Below, piece after piece: positions 63,422 to 64,000 of a DNA stretch of 64,000 bases (its first letter is position 1; the number at the start of each line of letters is the position of its first letter). Source of the stretch: Clostridia bacterium (lineage in GTDB: Bacteria > Bacillota > Clostridia > Christensenellales > CAG-1252). The notes beneath the pieces are model-generated. The model was not told the DNA's origin and did no database searches. It worked only from the letters and a program-made list of their open reading frames with translations. The DNA is taken from assembly GCA_017444385.1 (NCBI GenBank), contig JAFSWQ010000008.1, positions 5,004 through 69,003 of the forward strand. The letters are read 5' to 3'. The position numbers and the translations under genes were made by a program.

Positions 63422-64000
63422 ATGTCTAAACTCATTTTAATTGACGGTAACAGCATAGTAAACAGAGCGTTTTACGCTATGCCAAACCTCACGTCCTCGA
63501 AAGGAATATGCACGGGTGGTATTTTCGGATTTATAAAAATGCTATCCAAACTCGTCAAAGAAGAGAAGCCCACCCATTTAGCCGTTGCGTTCGATCTTAA
63601 AGCGCCTACTTTCAGGCACTTAAAATACGCCGACTATAAAGCGGGCAGAAGACCTATGCCCGAGGAACTCGTTCAGCAAATACCCTTATTAAAAGAGTTA
63701 CTCAAAAAGATGGGCGTAAAGACCTTCGAACTCGCCGGCTATGAAGCGGACGATATTTTAGGCACGCTTTCCGACAAAGTGAGTTTCCCCTCTATAATCG
63801 TATCGGGCGATAAAGACGTGCTGCAACTAGTCAGCGACAAATGCACGGTTTATCACACCAAAAAAGGTATAAGCGAGATAATAAAATACACTCCCGATTA
63901 TCTCAAAACCGAGAATATAAGCTATCCCTCGTTGATAACCGATTTGAAGGGATTGATGGGCGATTCGAGCGACAATATCAAAGGCGTTAAAGGCGTAGGC
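63422..64000 (+). CDS. polA: DNA polymerase I, 5'-3' exonuclease domain (partial; continues past the window end)
   Basis: AGAGG RBS, then ATG 63422. LILIDGNSIVNRAFYA, AVAFDLKAPTFRH and GYEADDILGT. Open to the window end. Confidence 0.85.
   Translation, partial: MSKLILIDGNSIVNRAFYAMPNLTSSKGICTGGIFGFIKMLSKLVKEEKPTHLAVAFDLKAPTFRHLKYADYKAGRRPMPEELVQQIPLLKELLKKMGVKTFELAGYEADDILGTLSDKVSFPSIIVSGDKDVLQLVSDKCTVYHTKKGISEIIKYTPDYLKTENISYPSLITDLKGLMGDSSDNIKGVKGVG

Noticed and set aside
1-64000. Search for a defence island, prophage, integrative element, toxin-antitoxin pair, retron or DGR.
   Set aside because: Every sizeable ORF is assignable to a housekeeping or sporulation function, or to the few orphans listed above. 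No integrase, recombinase, reverse transcriptase, nuclease-helicase pair, tRNA attachment site or phage structural gene was seen.

Overview
This is a 64-kb chromosomal segment from a spore-forming Firmicute, Clostridia-like by gene order and protein motifs. It is almost entirely housekeeping and mostly transcribed on the + strand. Gene order: tig-clpP-clpX-lon-engB; a dcw cluster (mraZ-rsmH-ftsL-like-PBP-murE-mraY-murD-ftsW-murA-ftsQ-ftsA-ftsZ) running into spoIIGA-sigE; an inverted sigG; ylmC; nrdR; an RluA-family synthase; sigK; RNase P RNA; a 2370-aa GT84/GH94-like giant; rarA-ruvX-DUF1292; two zinc-ribbon/LRR paralogs; rpsB-tsf-pyrH-frr-cdsA-dxr-rseP-ispG; a PolC-N-terminal-like orphan; rimP-nusA-ylxR-ylxQ-infB-rbfA-nrnA-truB::ribF; an nfo-like gene; pepP; efp; and the start of polA. 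I saw no transposase, integrase, CRISPR-Cas or recognisable defence genes. The unusual content is non-coding. Nearly every larger intergenic gap holds a modular repeat family, about 4.5 kb in total: about 20 copies of a 33-nt hairpin unit 'A', 8-9 of a related unit 'S', ten 125-160-nt 'T1' modules, three 'T2' modules and two ~352-nt 'L' elements. T1 and T2 keep the same single-stranded blocks while three helices are completely re-coded with complementarity preserved. That argues for a selected fold, either a structured RNA or an ssDNA-mobilised REPIN-like element. Other points are nine tandem 21-bp iteron-like repeats between pyrH and frr, a DnaA-box cluster upstream of mraZ, a perfect NrdR box on the nrdR promoter, a truB-ribF fusion, and the absence of uppS. 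All calls come from reading the sequence and from motif memory. No searches were run, and repeat coordinates are +/- a few nt.
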